The notes under the pieces: generated by a model
Told to the model about the DNA's origin: nothing
The model's database searches: none
Seen by the model: the letters and a program-made list of their open reading frames with translations, nothing else
Sequence record: NC_052656.1
Origin: Escherichia phage anhysbys
Direction: 5' to 3' (one strand)
DNA length: 64,000 bases
In this document: piece after piece, positions 16,394 to 24,681 of the stretch
Layout: each line of letters opens with the position of its first letter
How positions within the stretch are numbered: position 1 is the first letter of the stretch
Translations under genes and position numbers: made by a program

Positions 16394-16747
16394 ATGAAAG
16401 CACAAAATGCAATTAAAGAGTACATCCTTGCCGCTATCGATTTTAATGATTACGGTATTACAACCGAAAAAGAGAAGATCGCGGAATTGATGCGCCGTTT
16501 TAATTCCGAGTACTGGTACCCTGATAACCAATCACGTTTTAATTATAGTATTGTTAAAGCACTTGCATCATGGTTACAAGGTTTGCCATCAGATATTAAT
16601 ATCGCTTTCGAATATTGGGAAATTGATCGCTTGTTAACATCCTGGGGATACATTAAAGAGAATAGCAGCGATGATAAAATCCAACGAGAAAGGGAAAATT
16701 ATTGGCTTTATATTGCAGGCGTGATCCTTGCTTGCTCTTATGAATGA
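16394..16747 (+). CDS. hypothetical protein
   Basis: ORF track 117 aa; cassette upstream. Confidence 0.6.
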   Translation: MKAQNAIKEYILAAIDFNDYGITTEKEKIAELMRRFNSEYWYPDNQSRFNYSIVKALASWLQGLPSDINIAFEYWEIDRLLTSWGYIKENSSDDKIQRERENYWLYIAGVILACSYE

Positions 16748-16753
16748 TAAACC

Positions 16754-16807
16754 TTGACAATTTTACAAAACAGTTTAAATTAATAATATAGCGGCAATGG
16801 TGCCGCT
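16754..16807 (+). promoter_or_regulatory. promoter + 5' stem-loop cassette
   Basis: TTGACA, TAATAA/AATATA, GCGGCA-ATGG-TGCCGC. Confidence 0.55.
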
Positions 16808-16826
16808 CATATAAAGAGGAAACAAA

Positions 16827-16973
16827 ATGAATACATCTAATCGCGCAGAAAAAATCCAATCTTCCAAGATCCGCAAGGCCTGGAACGAGGAAGTGATCCG
16901 CAAAGGCGACAAGCGCAATAAAACAAAGCGCGGGAAGAGTGACAAATATAATTGGATGGATTTAGAGGATTAA
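16827..16973 (+). CDS. small basic protein (~48 aa)
   Basis: Own translation MNTSNRAEKIQSSKIRKAWNEEVIRKGDKRNKTKRGK...; cassette upstream, terminator downstream. Confidence 0.45.
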   Translation: MNTSNRAEKIQSSKIRKAWNEEVIRKGDKRNKTKRGKSDKYNWMDLED

Positions 16974-16979
16974 CATAAC

Positions 16980-17007
16980 AAGGGCGCACCAAGCGCCCTT
17001 TCTTTTT
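16980..17007 (+). terminator. rho-independent terminator
   Basis: AAGGGCGC-ACCA-AGCGCCCTT + TCTTTTT. Confidence 0.7.
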
Positions 17008-17028
17008 ACATGTAGAGGATAAACAAAG

Positions 17029-17214
17029 ATGACTTTAAGCGAGCTTAAAACAGCCTACAACGCAACGTTAAAAATAGCCGTGCGTTACCGTGATGCGTAC
17101 GGTTTTATCGCGCAGGGCGTGATCCTGGGCTTTTCTGACGATGGTTTGATCTATGTTGATGCACATTATAACAAGGTAAAACCTGAAAACGTCATTAGCA
17201 TAAAATATCTTTAA
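17029..17214 (+). CDS. hypothetical protein
   Basis: ORF track 61 aa. Confidence 0.5.
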   Translation: MTLSELKTAYNATLKIAVRYRDAYGFIAQGVILGFSDDGLIYVDAHYNKVKPENVISIKYL

Positions 17215-17220
17215 AAGTGG

Positions 17221-17280
17221 TTGACACCATAACCGGACCTGTTAAACTGTATTACATCAGGCGGGGAATAGTTCCCCACC
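17221..17280 (+). promoter_or_regulatory. promoter + 5' stem-loop cassette
   Basis: TTGACA, TAAACT, GCGGGGAA-TAG-TTCCCCAC. Confidence 0.6.
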
Positions 17281-17299
17281 ATACAAAAAGGTAAATATT

Positions 17300-17506
17300 A
17301 TGATCACCGCAAAACAAGAGAAAATCATTATCGACGTTGCAGCCGTTGCCGCTATTGCTATTATTGGATCTTATTATGATACCCGTTTCCCGTCGGCTAT
17401 GCATGAGATCGCCGCCGTTGCATCAGTTGGCGTACTGTTTTACGTTGGTAAACGCTATTTATCACCAATGATTAACAAGCTGACACCGTGGAAAAATAAA
17501 GGTTGA
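17300..17506 (+). CDS. small membrane protein
   Basis: ORF track 68 aa; hydrophobic IIIDVAAVAAIAIIGSYY / AAVASVGVLFYVG. Confidence 0.55.
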   Translation: MITAKQEKIIIDVAAVAAIAIIGSYYDTRFPSAMHEIAAVASVGVLFYVGKRYLSPMINKLTPWKNKG

Positions 17507-17557
17507 TCCTGTTTTATATTGTGTTATAGTTATCGTGTAGGGCGGCAATGGTGCCGC
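17503..17557 (+). promoter_or_regulatory. promoter + 5' stem-loop cassette
   Basis: TTGATC, TATAGT, GGCGGCA-ATGG-TGCCGC. Confidence 0.55.
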
Positions 17558-17577
17558 GCCCCTTTGAGGATGCAATC

Positions 17578-17862
17578 ATGAGTAAAGCTAACACCGTGCT
17601 AATGTTTTCCCTGATTAATGATCCCGCTTACTTGTCCAACATGACGCAGGAGGGTAACACATTAACGGCAACATTCACCAATAAGCTTGACCGGGTGATC
17701 ATCATCTCACTGAAAACAGTTAGTAAAGGCTTTTACTCGTTAGCTTATCATTGGATCACCGATACCGATGAGACAAGCCAGGACTATAGCGCCCCTTTCC
17801 CTGAATCAATGGCACGGGAGATCATCGCCGCCGTTGTAAATGATGGTTTGTTTACTGCATAA
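17578..17862 (+). CDS. hypothetical protein
   Basis: Track frame; start refined to MSKANTVLMF downstream of cassette. Confidence 0.6.
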   Translation: MSKANTVLMFSLINDPAYLSNMTQEGNTLTATFTNKLDRVIIISLKTVSKGFYSLAYHWITDTDETSQDYSAPFPESMAREIIAAVVNDGLFTA

Positions 17863-17880
17863 AATAATTTAGAAAAAGGC

Positions 17881-17937
17881 TTGCAATCATTTTGAGATAG
17901 TGTATATTTAATTCATAGGGCGGCGGGAATAGTTCCC
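17881..17937 (+). promoter_or_regulatory. promoter + 5' stem-loop cassette
   Basis: TTGCAA, TATATT, GGGAA-TAG-TTCCC. Confidence 0.55.
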
Positions 17938-17960
17938 AAAGCAAACGAGAGGATTACACG

Positions 17961-18080
17961 ATGAGCAAGTACACAGTAGAATACACGGTAGAAAATCCGG
18001 CAGTATCCGAAGGTAAAAAGATGACATTTGCCATCAGTATAATCGCTTTCGTTGTCACTATCTTATCAATCATCTTATAA
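17961..18080 (+). CDS. tiny membrane protein (~39 aa)
   Basis: Own translation MSKYTVEYTVENPAVSEGKKMTFAISIIAFVVTILSIIL; cassette upstream. Confidence 0.4.
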   Translation: MSKYTVEYTVENPAVSEGKKMTFAISIIAFVVTILSIIL

Positions 18081-18090
18081 GGTGCACACC

Positions 18091-18252
18091 ATGAAAACAA
18101 CAGATATTATCAAAGAGATCGCCCATGCCGCTGGCGTTGAGATCGAGGAAGTGATCGCGCTCAATCTTACAGAAAACGATCTGCGCAACTATGAAGCGGA
18201 AAGCGTGAAAGCAAGCGGCGCGGTCCTGGTATATGATCCGGCTAACAAGTAA
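18091..18252 (+). CDS. hypothetical protein
   Basis: Track frame 18052-18252; start refined to MKTTDIIKE after AAGGTG. Confidence 0.5.
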   Translation: MKTTDIIKEIAHAAGVEIEEVIALNLTENDLRNYEAESVKASGAVLVYDPANK

Positions 18253-18261
18253 GGGGATAAC

Positions 18262-18372
18262 ATGAATCCGAAAGATATGCAAGCATGGAAAGGGTACGAC
18301 GATCTAAGCGCCTTGCGCAATAAGTCAAGCCGTAACCTTAGACGGTTGGAAGCAAAGAAAAAGAAAAAATAG
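18262..18372 (+). CDS. tiny basic protein (~36 aa)
   Basis: Own translation MNPKDMQAWKGYDDLSALRNKSSRNLRRLEAKKKKK; AAGGGGA RBS. Confidence 0.35.
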   Translation: MNPKDMQAWKGYDDLSALRNKSSRNLRRLEAKKKKK

Positions 18373-18373
18373 T

Positions 18374-18430
18374 TTGACAAGTCCGCCTAGTCTGATAATA
18401 TGTATCTTGTAGGGCGGCAATGGTGCCGCT
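18374..18430 (+). promoter_or_regulatory. promoter + 5' stem-loop cassette
   Basis: TTGACA, TAATAT, GGCGGCA-ATGG-TGCCGC. Confidence 0.6.
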
Positions 18431-18450
18431 CACAAGAAGAGAGAAAAATC

Positions 18451-18735
18451 ATGAAAATCACAAAAAGCCTAACTAATTATGCAGCACGTCGCGGATTATG
18501 TTTAACCGTTGAAAACTTAGGGAAAGAAGACTTTTTGTGTTTTTGGGAGCTTGAAAATGATTGCGAGTGGATGTTTTCTTATTCTATCTGCGAAGATCAA
18601 AACGGTTGTTTGTTAACCTGGCGCGGTAATATCTATTTACCGGAAGAAATTAAAGAAGAGTTACCAGGTACGATCATGACAGAGAGACAGCTTAAGGAAA
18701 TGATTAATTTTGTAGGGCAAAACATTAAAAAATAA
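18451..18735 (+). CDS. hypothetical protein
   Basis: Track frame; start refined to MKITKSL downstream of cassette. Confidence 0.6.
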   Translation: MKITKSLTNYAARRGLCLTVENLGKEDFLCFWELENDCEWMFSYSICEDQNGCLLTWRGNIYLPEEIKEELPGTIMTERQLKEMINFVGQNIKK

Positions 18736-18736
18736 T

Positions 18737-18797
18737 TTGACAGCACGCAAACAACGTAGTAAAGTTTACCACATAGGGCGGCGGAATGGTCCACCGC
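18737..18797 (+). promoter_or_regulatory. promoter + 5' stem-loop cassette
   Basis: TTGACA, TAAAGT, GGCGGCGGA-ATGG-TCCACCGC. Confidence 0.55.
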
Positions 18798-18820
18798 TCA
18801 CAACAGAAGAGAAACAAATC

Positions 18821-18991
18821 ATGATCCCGACTATGTTTTATGTATCGCGCAAAGGTCACAATATTTTTTGGTCTGAAGATTTAAATGAAGCTATGACGTT
18901 TGCCCGTGATCGTGTTGCTATCGGTGGCGTTAACATCACCGTAACCGATGAAAATGGCATTGAATACTATAACGGCGACGATGAAGAATAA
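18821..18991 (+). CDS. hypothetical protein
   Basis: Track frame; start refined to MIPTMFYVSRKG downstream of cassette. Confidence 0.5.
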   Translation: MIPTMFYVSRKGHNIFWSEDLNEAMTFARDRVAIGGVNITVTDENGIEYYNGDDEE

Positions 18992-19038
18992 TTAATGAGG
19001 CGGGGGAGTATTCCCCGCCGTCAATAAAGAGGTAAATC

Positions 19039-19308
19039 ATGAAAATATCATTGGACGTTGCAATCAAGGCCATCGAATCCGGTTACATCCTGGTAAAAGA
19101 TGATAAGGCTAAAATAGTGCATCATGTTAACAAGGAAACAGGCGAAAGCATGATCACATATAAAGCCGCCTACTTTCTCCAATCAGTAGCAGATCCGCGC
19201 GTACAACGCCAGGTTATGGCGGCTATTGCTAAAAAATTATGTGCTTTACAGGGTACAAGTTTTAACGAGATCGCCCCGTGTTTTGAGTGGTCAAGCTTGA
19301 AAAAATAA
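19039..19308 (+). CDS. hypothetical protein
   Basis: ORF track 89 aa; GC hairpin upstream. Confidence 0.55.
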   Translation: MKISLDVAIKAIESGYILVKDDKAKIVHHVNKETGESMITYKAAYFLQSVADPRVQRQVMAAIAKKLCALQGTSFNEIAPCFEWSSLKK

Positions 19309-19309
19309 T

Positions 19310-19370
19310 TTGACAACAATTATAAATCGGGTAGAATGTATTTCGTAGGGCGGGGCAATAAAGCAACGCC
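19310..19370 (+). promoter_or_regulatory. promoter + degenerate 5' stem-loop cassette
   Basis: TTGACA-16-TAGAAT; GGGCG...CGCCC weaker stem. Confidence 0.5.
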
Positions 19371-19389
19371 CATTAATGAGGGTAGAATC

Positions 19390-19494
19390 ATGTTAGAGAA
19401 AATTTTCACGGTTGTAATAGTGGGCCTGGCGTTATCGGTTGGAGTGGTTGCAACTATGGCTAACATGATCCTATCTTCCCACGGTATCGGTTAA
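19390..19494 (+). CDS. tiny membrane protein (~34 aa)
   Basis: Own translation MLEKIFTVVIVGLALSVGVVATMANMILSSHGIG; cassette upstream. Confidence 0.35.
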   Translation: MLEKIFTVVIVGLALSVGVVATMANMILSSHGIG

Positions 19495-19504
19495 GGTGAA
19501 ACAA

Positions 19505-19720
19505 ATGATCACGAACAAAACAGGCAAAACGGAATTTTTACGCGGCTTACAAGTTGGTAAGCCTGAGATCTGGCATTGCACGAAGTCCGCGCATAATGAA
19601 ATGAAAGATTTTACCGCTACTTTACAACGTGTTAAAATATCTATCACACAGAAAAAAGCCTTGTTAGTAGTAGAAAACGAGATCCCGCAAACTATTATTA
19701 TTGTCGAGCGTACAGCATGA
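19505..19720 (+). CDS. hypothetical protein
   Basis: Track frame 19496-19720 (GTG) ; ATG at 19505 preferred. Confidence 0.5.
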   Translation: MITNKTGKTEFLRGLQVGKPEIWHCTKSAHNEMKDFTATLQRVKISITQKKALLVVENEIPQTIIIVERTA

Positions 19721-20103
19721 AAACAGAAATCATTATTGAAATCATCAACGGCTATAAAGAAGCCTTTATTTTTGCTGAATCAGCAAGGGATCATGAAGGT
19801 AATTTTATTGATAACTTAGACGATTATGATTTTTCTCCTAGCGCGGATCAACGGATCGCACAGGATGTAACAGCCTTTATTAATGCTAATCTTGCCGCTA
19901 TCTCTGAGGCAATGAGCGACGGCGCAACAGCCAACCAGATCGGGAATGATTTACATTTTACCCGTAACGGTCACGGCGTAGGCTTTTGGGATCGCCCTGA
20001 AATATACACCACTAACACGGCGAACCGCCTAACCAATGCAGCTAAGTTTATGCCGAACGTGTCGGCTTACGTTGGTGAAGATAATTTTATTTATATTGAA
20101 TAA
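19717..20103 (+). CDS. hypothetical protein
   Basis: ORF track 128 aa; ATGA overlap. Confidence 0.6.
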   Translation: MKTEIIIEIINGYKEAFIFAESARDHEGNFIDNLDDYDFSPSADQRIAQDVTAFINANLAAISEAMSDGATANQIGNDLHFTRNGHGVGFWDRPEIYTTNTANRLTNAAKFMPNVSAYVGEDNFIYIE

Positions 20104-20109
20104 AAAGTA

Positions 20110-20166
20110 TTGACACAGATCGCCAGTGTGCTAATATTTACCACGTAGGGCGGCAATGGTGCCGCT
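20110..20166 (+). promoter_or_regulatory. promoter + 5' stem-loop cassette
   Basis: TTGACA-16-TAATAT, GGCGGCA-ATGG-TGCCGC. Confidence 0.6.
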
Positions 20167-20187
20167 CCCCGAAAAAGGTAAAACATT

Positions 20188-20379
20188 ATGAAAACTATCA
20201 GCTACCTGGAATCGAATAACATGTTTTTTGCGCCCGTTGATGAAATCATCGAAGCATTAAACAACGAGGAAGGGATCAATGGTTTATCTTATAGCCAGCT
20301 TTTAGGAATGGTTGCAGCAAATGAGGAGCTTGCTTACTATGTTGAAAATTTTGATGAAGCTGTAATCTTTACAAAATAA
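20188..20379 (+). CDS. hypothetical acidic protein
   Basis: ORF track 63 aa; cassette upstream. Confidence 0.55.
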   Translation: MKTISYLESNNMFFAPVDEIIEALNNEEGINGLSYSQLLGMVAANEELAYYVENFDEAVIFTK

Positions 20380-20382
20380 TCC

Positions 20383-20439
20383 TTGATCTAATCTCTCAGA
20401 TAACTTATATTTAATGCGTAGGGCGGCAATGGTGCCGCC
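20383..20439 (+). promoter_or_regulatory. promoter + 5' stem-loop cassette
   Basis: TTGATC, TATATT, GGCGGCA-ATGG-TGCCGCC. Confidence 0.55.
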
Positions 20440-20457
20440 GATAATGAGGAAAACAAA

Positions 20458-20757
20458 ATGGAAACTATCGCTATTGTTACCGTAGAAAAACTGGTTGTTG
20501 GTGATGTATTCGCGTTAATGGTGCCTAACAGCAGCAAGCTGGGCGCTTATGAAGTAATGGATCATAAAAATGAATCATTTGGCGACGGTTGCACAATGGC
20601 GGTAAAATCTTTAAAGGATGGAATCATCCGCCAGGCTAACTGGCACAAAGGGAATCAAGTCGGTTTAATATCAGCTAATTTCTTGCCAGAAGAGCAAACA
20701 TTAGATCAACTATCAGGCGGTAAGACGTTAGCCGAACTACTGGAAACAGCGATCTAA
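20458..20757 (+). CDS. hypothetical protein
   Basis: ORF track 99 aa; cassette upstream. Confidence 0.6.
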   Translation: METIAIVTVEKLVVGDVFALMVPNSSKLGAYEVMDHKNESFGDGCTMAVKSLKDGIIRQANWHKGNQVGLISANFLPEEQTLDQLSGGKTLAELLETAI

Positions 20758-20810
20758 TCGACAAGGGGCGGCAACGCCCCCATTAAACGCAATAGGAAGA
20801 GGATAGACAC

Positions 20811-21095
20811 ATGAAAAAGATGATCGCAGTAGTTGCCCTGGTTGTTGGTATTAACGCGCCTGTAATGGCGAAAGAGTTGCCAGAATCCATCACGTTAACC
20901 GATATTAACGCAGTGAATCGGATCGGTGTTAATTATCGCCTATGCCTTGCCGCTAAAACTTTCCAGGACGGCACAACAGAGTACTACGGATTCGAGGGTA
21001 TCCGCTGCGGTGAGCTTTCACGCGACCTTAAGGAAGATCCAGACCTTGAGGCCATACCGATGACCGTAAACGGTAAAGCCCACGTAAACCGCTAA
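20811..21095 (+). CDS. putative secreted protein
   Basis: ORF track 94 aa; signal-peptide-like MKKMIAVVALVVGINAPVMA. Confidence 0.6.
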   Translation: MKKMIAVVALVVGINAPVMAKELPESITLTDINAVNRIGVNYRLCLAAKTFQDGTTEYYGFEGIRCGELSRDLKEDPDLEAIPMTVNGKAHVNR

Positions 21096-21097
21096 CC

Positions 21098-21232
21098 ATG
21101 AGAAAGGTAATCATCACAATGGGGATCGTAGTAGCAACGCTGGCGCTTATCCCTTTCATGGTTGAATATGTGCTGATTAATGTTGTCCTGGTAGTCAGTG
21201 ACCTATTGGAAACGGTTGGCACCTGGTTTTAA
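21098..21232 (+). CDS. tiny membrane protein (~44 aa)
   Basis: Own translation MRKVIITMGIVVATLALIPFMVEYVLINVVLVVSDLLETVGTWF. Confidence 0.4.
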   Translation: MRKVIITMGIVVATLALIPFMVEYVLINVVLVVSDLLETVGTWF

Positions 21233-21405
21233 GATAATAAATAGGGCTTGCAATAGTCCTATTTTTTGTTATACTTATTGAACGGGCGGCACCTGGGAGC
21301 AGGGGAAGATAATCACCGGAAGACCCCGCTATATATTGATAACTAACGCCTATCAAACAACAAAACATCAAAGGAACAAACTATCAAATCTTTACAATTC
21401 TACCT

Positions 21406-21467
21406 ATTGACACCGGATCACGCTTACATTATTATTTATCACGTAGGGCGAGCAATACAGCAAGCCC
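21406..21467 (+). promoter_or_regulatory. promoter + degenerate 5' stem-loop cassette
   Basis: TTGACA, ATTATT, GGGCGAGCAA...GCAAGCCC imperfect stem. Confidence 0.45.
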
Positions 21468-21484
21468 ACAAAGAGGAAAAGAAG

Positions 21485-21853
21485 ATGAGCAAATCAGCAA
21501 TTAAAGCAGTTGAAAAAGCGCAAGAAGTGATCGCAACGTCTACCACTGGCGCAAAGGTTAATCTGATCGGTTATCTGACAGATGAAACTATCCGTAAAAA
21601 TTGGCGTAATGCTGATTTACTGGCTTGCTTATTGATTAATAGTGTCGCTAATGCTTTCCAGTGTGAAACAGCCGAGAGCCTGGAGGAAAACTTGTTTGAT
21701 AATATGGATCAAGCCATTGAAACCTATATACAATCAAACCTGGATAGCTGGAACAGTAAAACATGGCCAGACAGTTTACGCGATACAACTGATCAACTGA
21801 TCCGCCTTGCCGTGATGGTTGAACGCGATAACGTTTACAACAGCACAAAGTAA
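21485..21853 (+). CDS. hypothetical protein
   Basis: Track frame; start refined to MSKSAIKAVEKAQ after AAGAGGAAAAG; terminator downstream. Confidence 0.6.
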   Translation: MSKSAIKAVEKAQEVIATSTTGAKVNLIGYLTDETIRKNWRNADLLACLLINSVANAFQCETAESLEENLFDNMDQAIETYIQSNLDSWNSKTWPDSLRDTTDQLIRLAVMVERDNVYNSTK

Positions 21854-21861
21854 GATTATAC

Positions 21862-21890
21862 AAGGGGCGCACCAAGCGCCCTTTCTTTTT
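21862..21890 (+). terminator. rho-independent terminator (same sequence as 16980 copy)
   Basis: AAGGGGCGC-ACCA-AGCGCCCTT + TCTTTTT at end of plus array. Confidence 0.7.
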
Positions 21891-22097
21891 GCCCGAACAA
21901 TGTTGATAGCTTTCGCCTATGAAAAACCGACACAGAACAAAATTGAATAAATCGCGGTATCGAGCTAATCAACCATTAAACGAATAACCATACCTCCCAG
22001 GGTAACAGGCTGTTAGAGAGCCATTTATAGCGGTTAAAATCGATCAACAACCAACAACAAACCATCAAAAACACCCTTTTACCTCCTTTCTAGTGCA

Positions 22098-22539
22098 ATG
22101 ATAACCATTATCATCTACCCATGATTATCTATGCAATATAAGCGCATAATTATAATGTTGATAATAGTTCGCAACAACTAACCAACAAACAACATAAAAC
22201 AAGAAGCAAACTAATCATAATCAAAGGAATAATAGCAAGATGATTGATAACGACAAACAATCAAACCATGATGAATACTAAGCAAGATAACGATAACACG
22301 ACAAAACAACCAACTAACGAACAATAACAAACGAAACCATTAAAATAATAACTATTGCCATAATAGTGACTGAATGAAATCATTACAAAACGAATCATTC
22401 CCAGGATCATCATTAGCACGCTATGCCGGACACATAGCGAGCTAATAATAAGCCAACTACACCCCAACAATCATAACCATCGGTGATGGTTATTTCTTGT
22501 TACTGCGTAGCTTGCAATAATTGCAAGCGTAATTACGCT
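22098..22539. repeat. cluster of perfect palindromes in ORF-free region
   Basis: ATGATAACCATTATCAT (22098), ATAACCATCGGTGATGGTTAT (22474), GCTTGCAATAATTGCAAGC (22510), AGCGTAATTACGCT (22526). Confidence 0.5.
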
Positions 22540-22732
22540 TACACTTATTGCGCTGGCTTATTATTAGCATTATATGTAATTACCAAGATCATAACATTAA
22601 CGCAATAACAATAATCATTGTAATGGTTACAATATGAAATCATTGGCAAGATGAATAATTGCACGTAGCAACATGAGCGAATAGCGACAGGTTGCATAGT
22701 GTGCACATAATAGAATAAAAGTCAATAATTTT

Positions 22733-22855
22733 GGGGGCGAAATGTTACCGCCACAGGCGGGAATGTTGAGCACTAAGAAAAGAGATAAACCTTAATCATG
22801 GGGGCGTAAATATCCGCAGGATTGCCAACGGCGATCCGGTAGGATGTTGAGCATC
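22733..22855 (+). repeat. two tandem related units beginning TGGGGGCG and ending GATGTTGAGCA
   Basis: Unit 1 ~22733-22775, unit 2 ~22799-22855; internal GC stems. Confidence 0.4.
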
Positions 22856-22923
22856 TTCTCTTAAACGTAAATAAAATCAGAAAATTCTTGATTTATTTTA
22901 GTTTTTATGTTAATAAACGTTTA

Positions 22924-22950
22924 AATAATAATCATTCTCATATGAATAAT
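22924..22950 (+). promoter_or_regulatory. Fur-box-like site
   Basis: AATAATAATCATTCTCATATGAATAAT. Confidence 0.4.
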
Positions 22951-23101
22951 AGTCTGCTTGTCATGAGCGGGATTAGTTGACATTGTTCCGTCATATGATG
23001 AGGTTGCCAACCTATTGATAAATAAGTGTTTGTGTGATTTATAATCAAGTGGCCCACCTTGTCGCTATGTTGGCATGAGCCTTGCATAAGTCATTGAATA
23101 C

Positions 23102-23130
23102 GAATGATAATTATTCTCATTCGCATGATA
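23102..23130 (+). promoter_or_regulatory. Fur-box-like site
   Basis: GAATGATAATTATTCTCATTCGCATGATA. Confidence 0.4.
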
Positions 23131-23462
23131 TTTGGGAATTGTCGCTGCGTGGACCTGACGGCCCGAAAATTCGCGTTAAGCACTTCTTACGTATGCGCCA
23201 TGATTTTTGCCATATGATATTGATTCTATTAGATATTCTTGCCATGATTGCCATGAAACAGGGTGTCCCGAAATAATCTCTCCCCGTAGATATTTTGGGT
23301 TACTTTTTATACAAGAGTGGGGTGTCAAAAATAATCGATATATATGGGATAATTGATAGGAATCCCCTATGGTAATTCGATTGTAATTGCCGAAGATTGA
23401 TCGTATGATGTTGGTGATTGATGATTGCCATGAAAGATGGCTAACGATGAGAGGAGATTGTC

Positions 23463-23807
23463 ATGCAAGAGAGTAAAAATGTTCCGTTAAGTAGTTTACG
23501 TCTAATGAAGTTTTACAAAGCTTGGCTTGCTGGTGAGGTAGAAGGTCACACAACGAGTGGTTTGTGCATATGTTTGATTAAGTATGTGGAGGGAACATAT
23601 CCTGATGAACTGTTACCTCGTCTACAACAAGAGATGAAATCCCAGTTTATTGGTGCAGGACTAGATTACAATTTTCCGTTTAATGAAGGTGGTTATGAGG
23701 AATACACCTTCGAACATAAAAAACATATTTGCCATAAAAACAAACATCGTATACAATGGGTGTTAGATAGAATTCAGGATTATGAAGGAGAGAAAAATGA
23801 CAAATAA
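23463..23807 (+). CDS. FY-WL/GLC/WVKDR family protein, paralog 1
   Basis: ORF track 114 aa; family motifs FYKAWL, SGLCICL, QFIGAGLDYNFPFN, RIQWVLDRI. Confidence 0.65.
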   Translation: MQESKNVPLSSLRLMKFYKAWLAGEVEGHTTSGLCICLIKYVEGTYPDELLPRLQQEMKSQFIGAGLDYNFPFNEGGYEEYTFEHKKHICHKNKHRIQWVLDRIQDYEGEKNDK

Positions 23808-24165
23808 TATTCCGTTGAGCAGTGCAGCATTGCTTCGCTTCTACAAAGCATGGATTGCCAACTATCCTGCAATGAATCGCACAACGAGTGGCTTATGTGG
23901 TTGTCTGGTAGATTATGTAGATGATTTTGTTGGTGAGACAACTAGAGAAGAAGATAGAAGATGGCGGGATAGTTTGTTAGACCGTTTGAAATATGAAATG
24001 AGGAAACAATTTACATGTGCAGGGCTGGACTACAATCTTCCGTTCAATGCAGATTGCATGGATTACCTTTCAGAGTGTATAAACTTGGCGTGTCATACCA
24101 ACACGTTACGTCTTCAATGGGTGAAAGATCGCATTGAAGATGCAAATAATGCTTGCATTGAATAA
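23797..24165 (+). CDS. FY-WL/GLC/WVKDR family protein, paralog 2
   Basis: Track frame; start refined to MTNNIPLSS; FYKAWI, SGLCGCL, LDYNLPFN, RLQWVKDRI. Confidence 0.65.
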   Translation: MTNNIPLSSAALLRFYKAWIANYPAMNRTTSGLCGCLVDYVDDFVGETTREEDRRWRDSLLDRLKYEMRKQFTCAGLDYNLPFNADCMDYLSECINLACHTNTLRLQWVKDRIEDANNACIE

Positions 24166-24223
24166 AAATGTCTGTATAGTGGTTTGCATACCGCGCATAA
24201 CAAATAGCCAATGAGGAGATGAA

Positions 24224-24445
24224 ATGAAGAATTTGAAAACTGTCACAATGTTCTTGACTGATCCTACACGTGTGCAAGCACTGGCTAAAGCCAGCCGTGT
24301 AGCTGTAGAATTCCAAAACTTTAAGCCGTCCGTTGTGACAGGCAGTGAAACGTGTGTTATCGATTTCATTAACGAATACTTCCGAGGGAATCCGGTTAGT
24401 CGTTACTTCATTAAAAACTTGAAGGATGTGGAGCAGGTACAATGA
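24224..24445 (+). CDS. hypothetical protein
   Basis: ORF track 73 aa. Confidence 0.5.
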   Translation: MKNLKTVTMFLTDPTRVQALAKASRVAVEFQNFKPSVVTGSETCVIDFINEYFRGNPVSRYFIKNLKDVEQVQ

Positions 24446-24681
24446 TCCTTCCAGTAGATAATGAGATAGCTATGAATGTTCTGGATACAGAATACTTCTA
24501 CAATCACTACTCTGAGACAGAGTGGATGAACACGCAAACTCTAAAAGAGAAGACGCAAGCTTTGATTAAGTGTGATCGCTACTTGCAACGTGCCGAGGAA
24601 GATAATATAACATTAGCATCTCGCGCACGACGCGTTTCCATTTTCAATAAAATGTTAGCATTATGGGGAGGTAGAAAATGA
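24442..24681 (+). CDS. hypothetical protein
   Basis: ORF track 79 aa. Confidence 0.5.
   Translation: MILPVDNEIAMNVLDTEYFYNHYSETEWMNTQTLKEKTQALIKCDRYLQRAEEDNITLASRARRVSIFNKMLALWGGRK

Noticed and set aside
21900-23460. Possible tRNA genes or a CRISPR array in the ORF-free region
   Set aside because: I found no T-arm GTTCRANYC-type motif with a matching acceptor stem, and the repeats are not regularly spaced identical 28-37 bp units separated by unique spacers. The region is better described as a regulatory or origin-like region.
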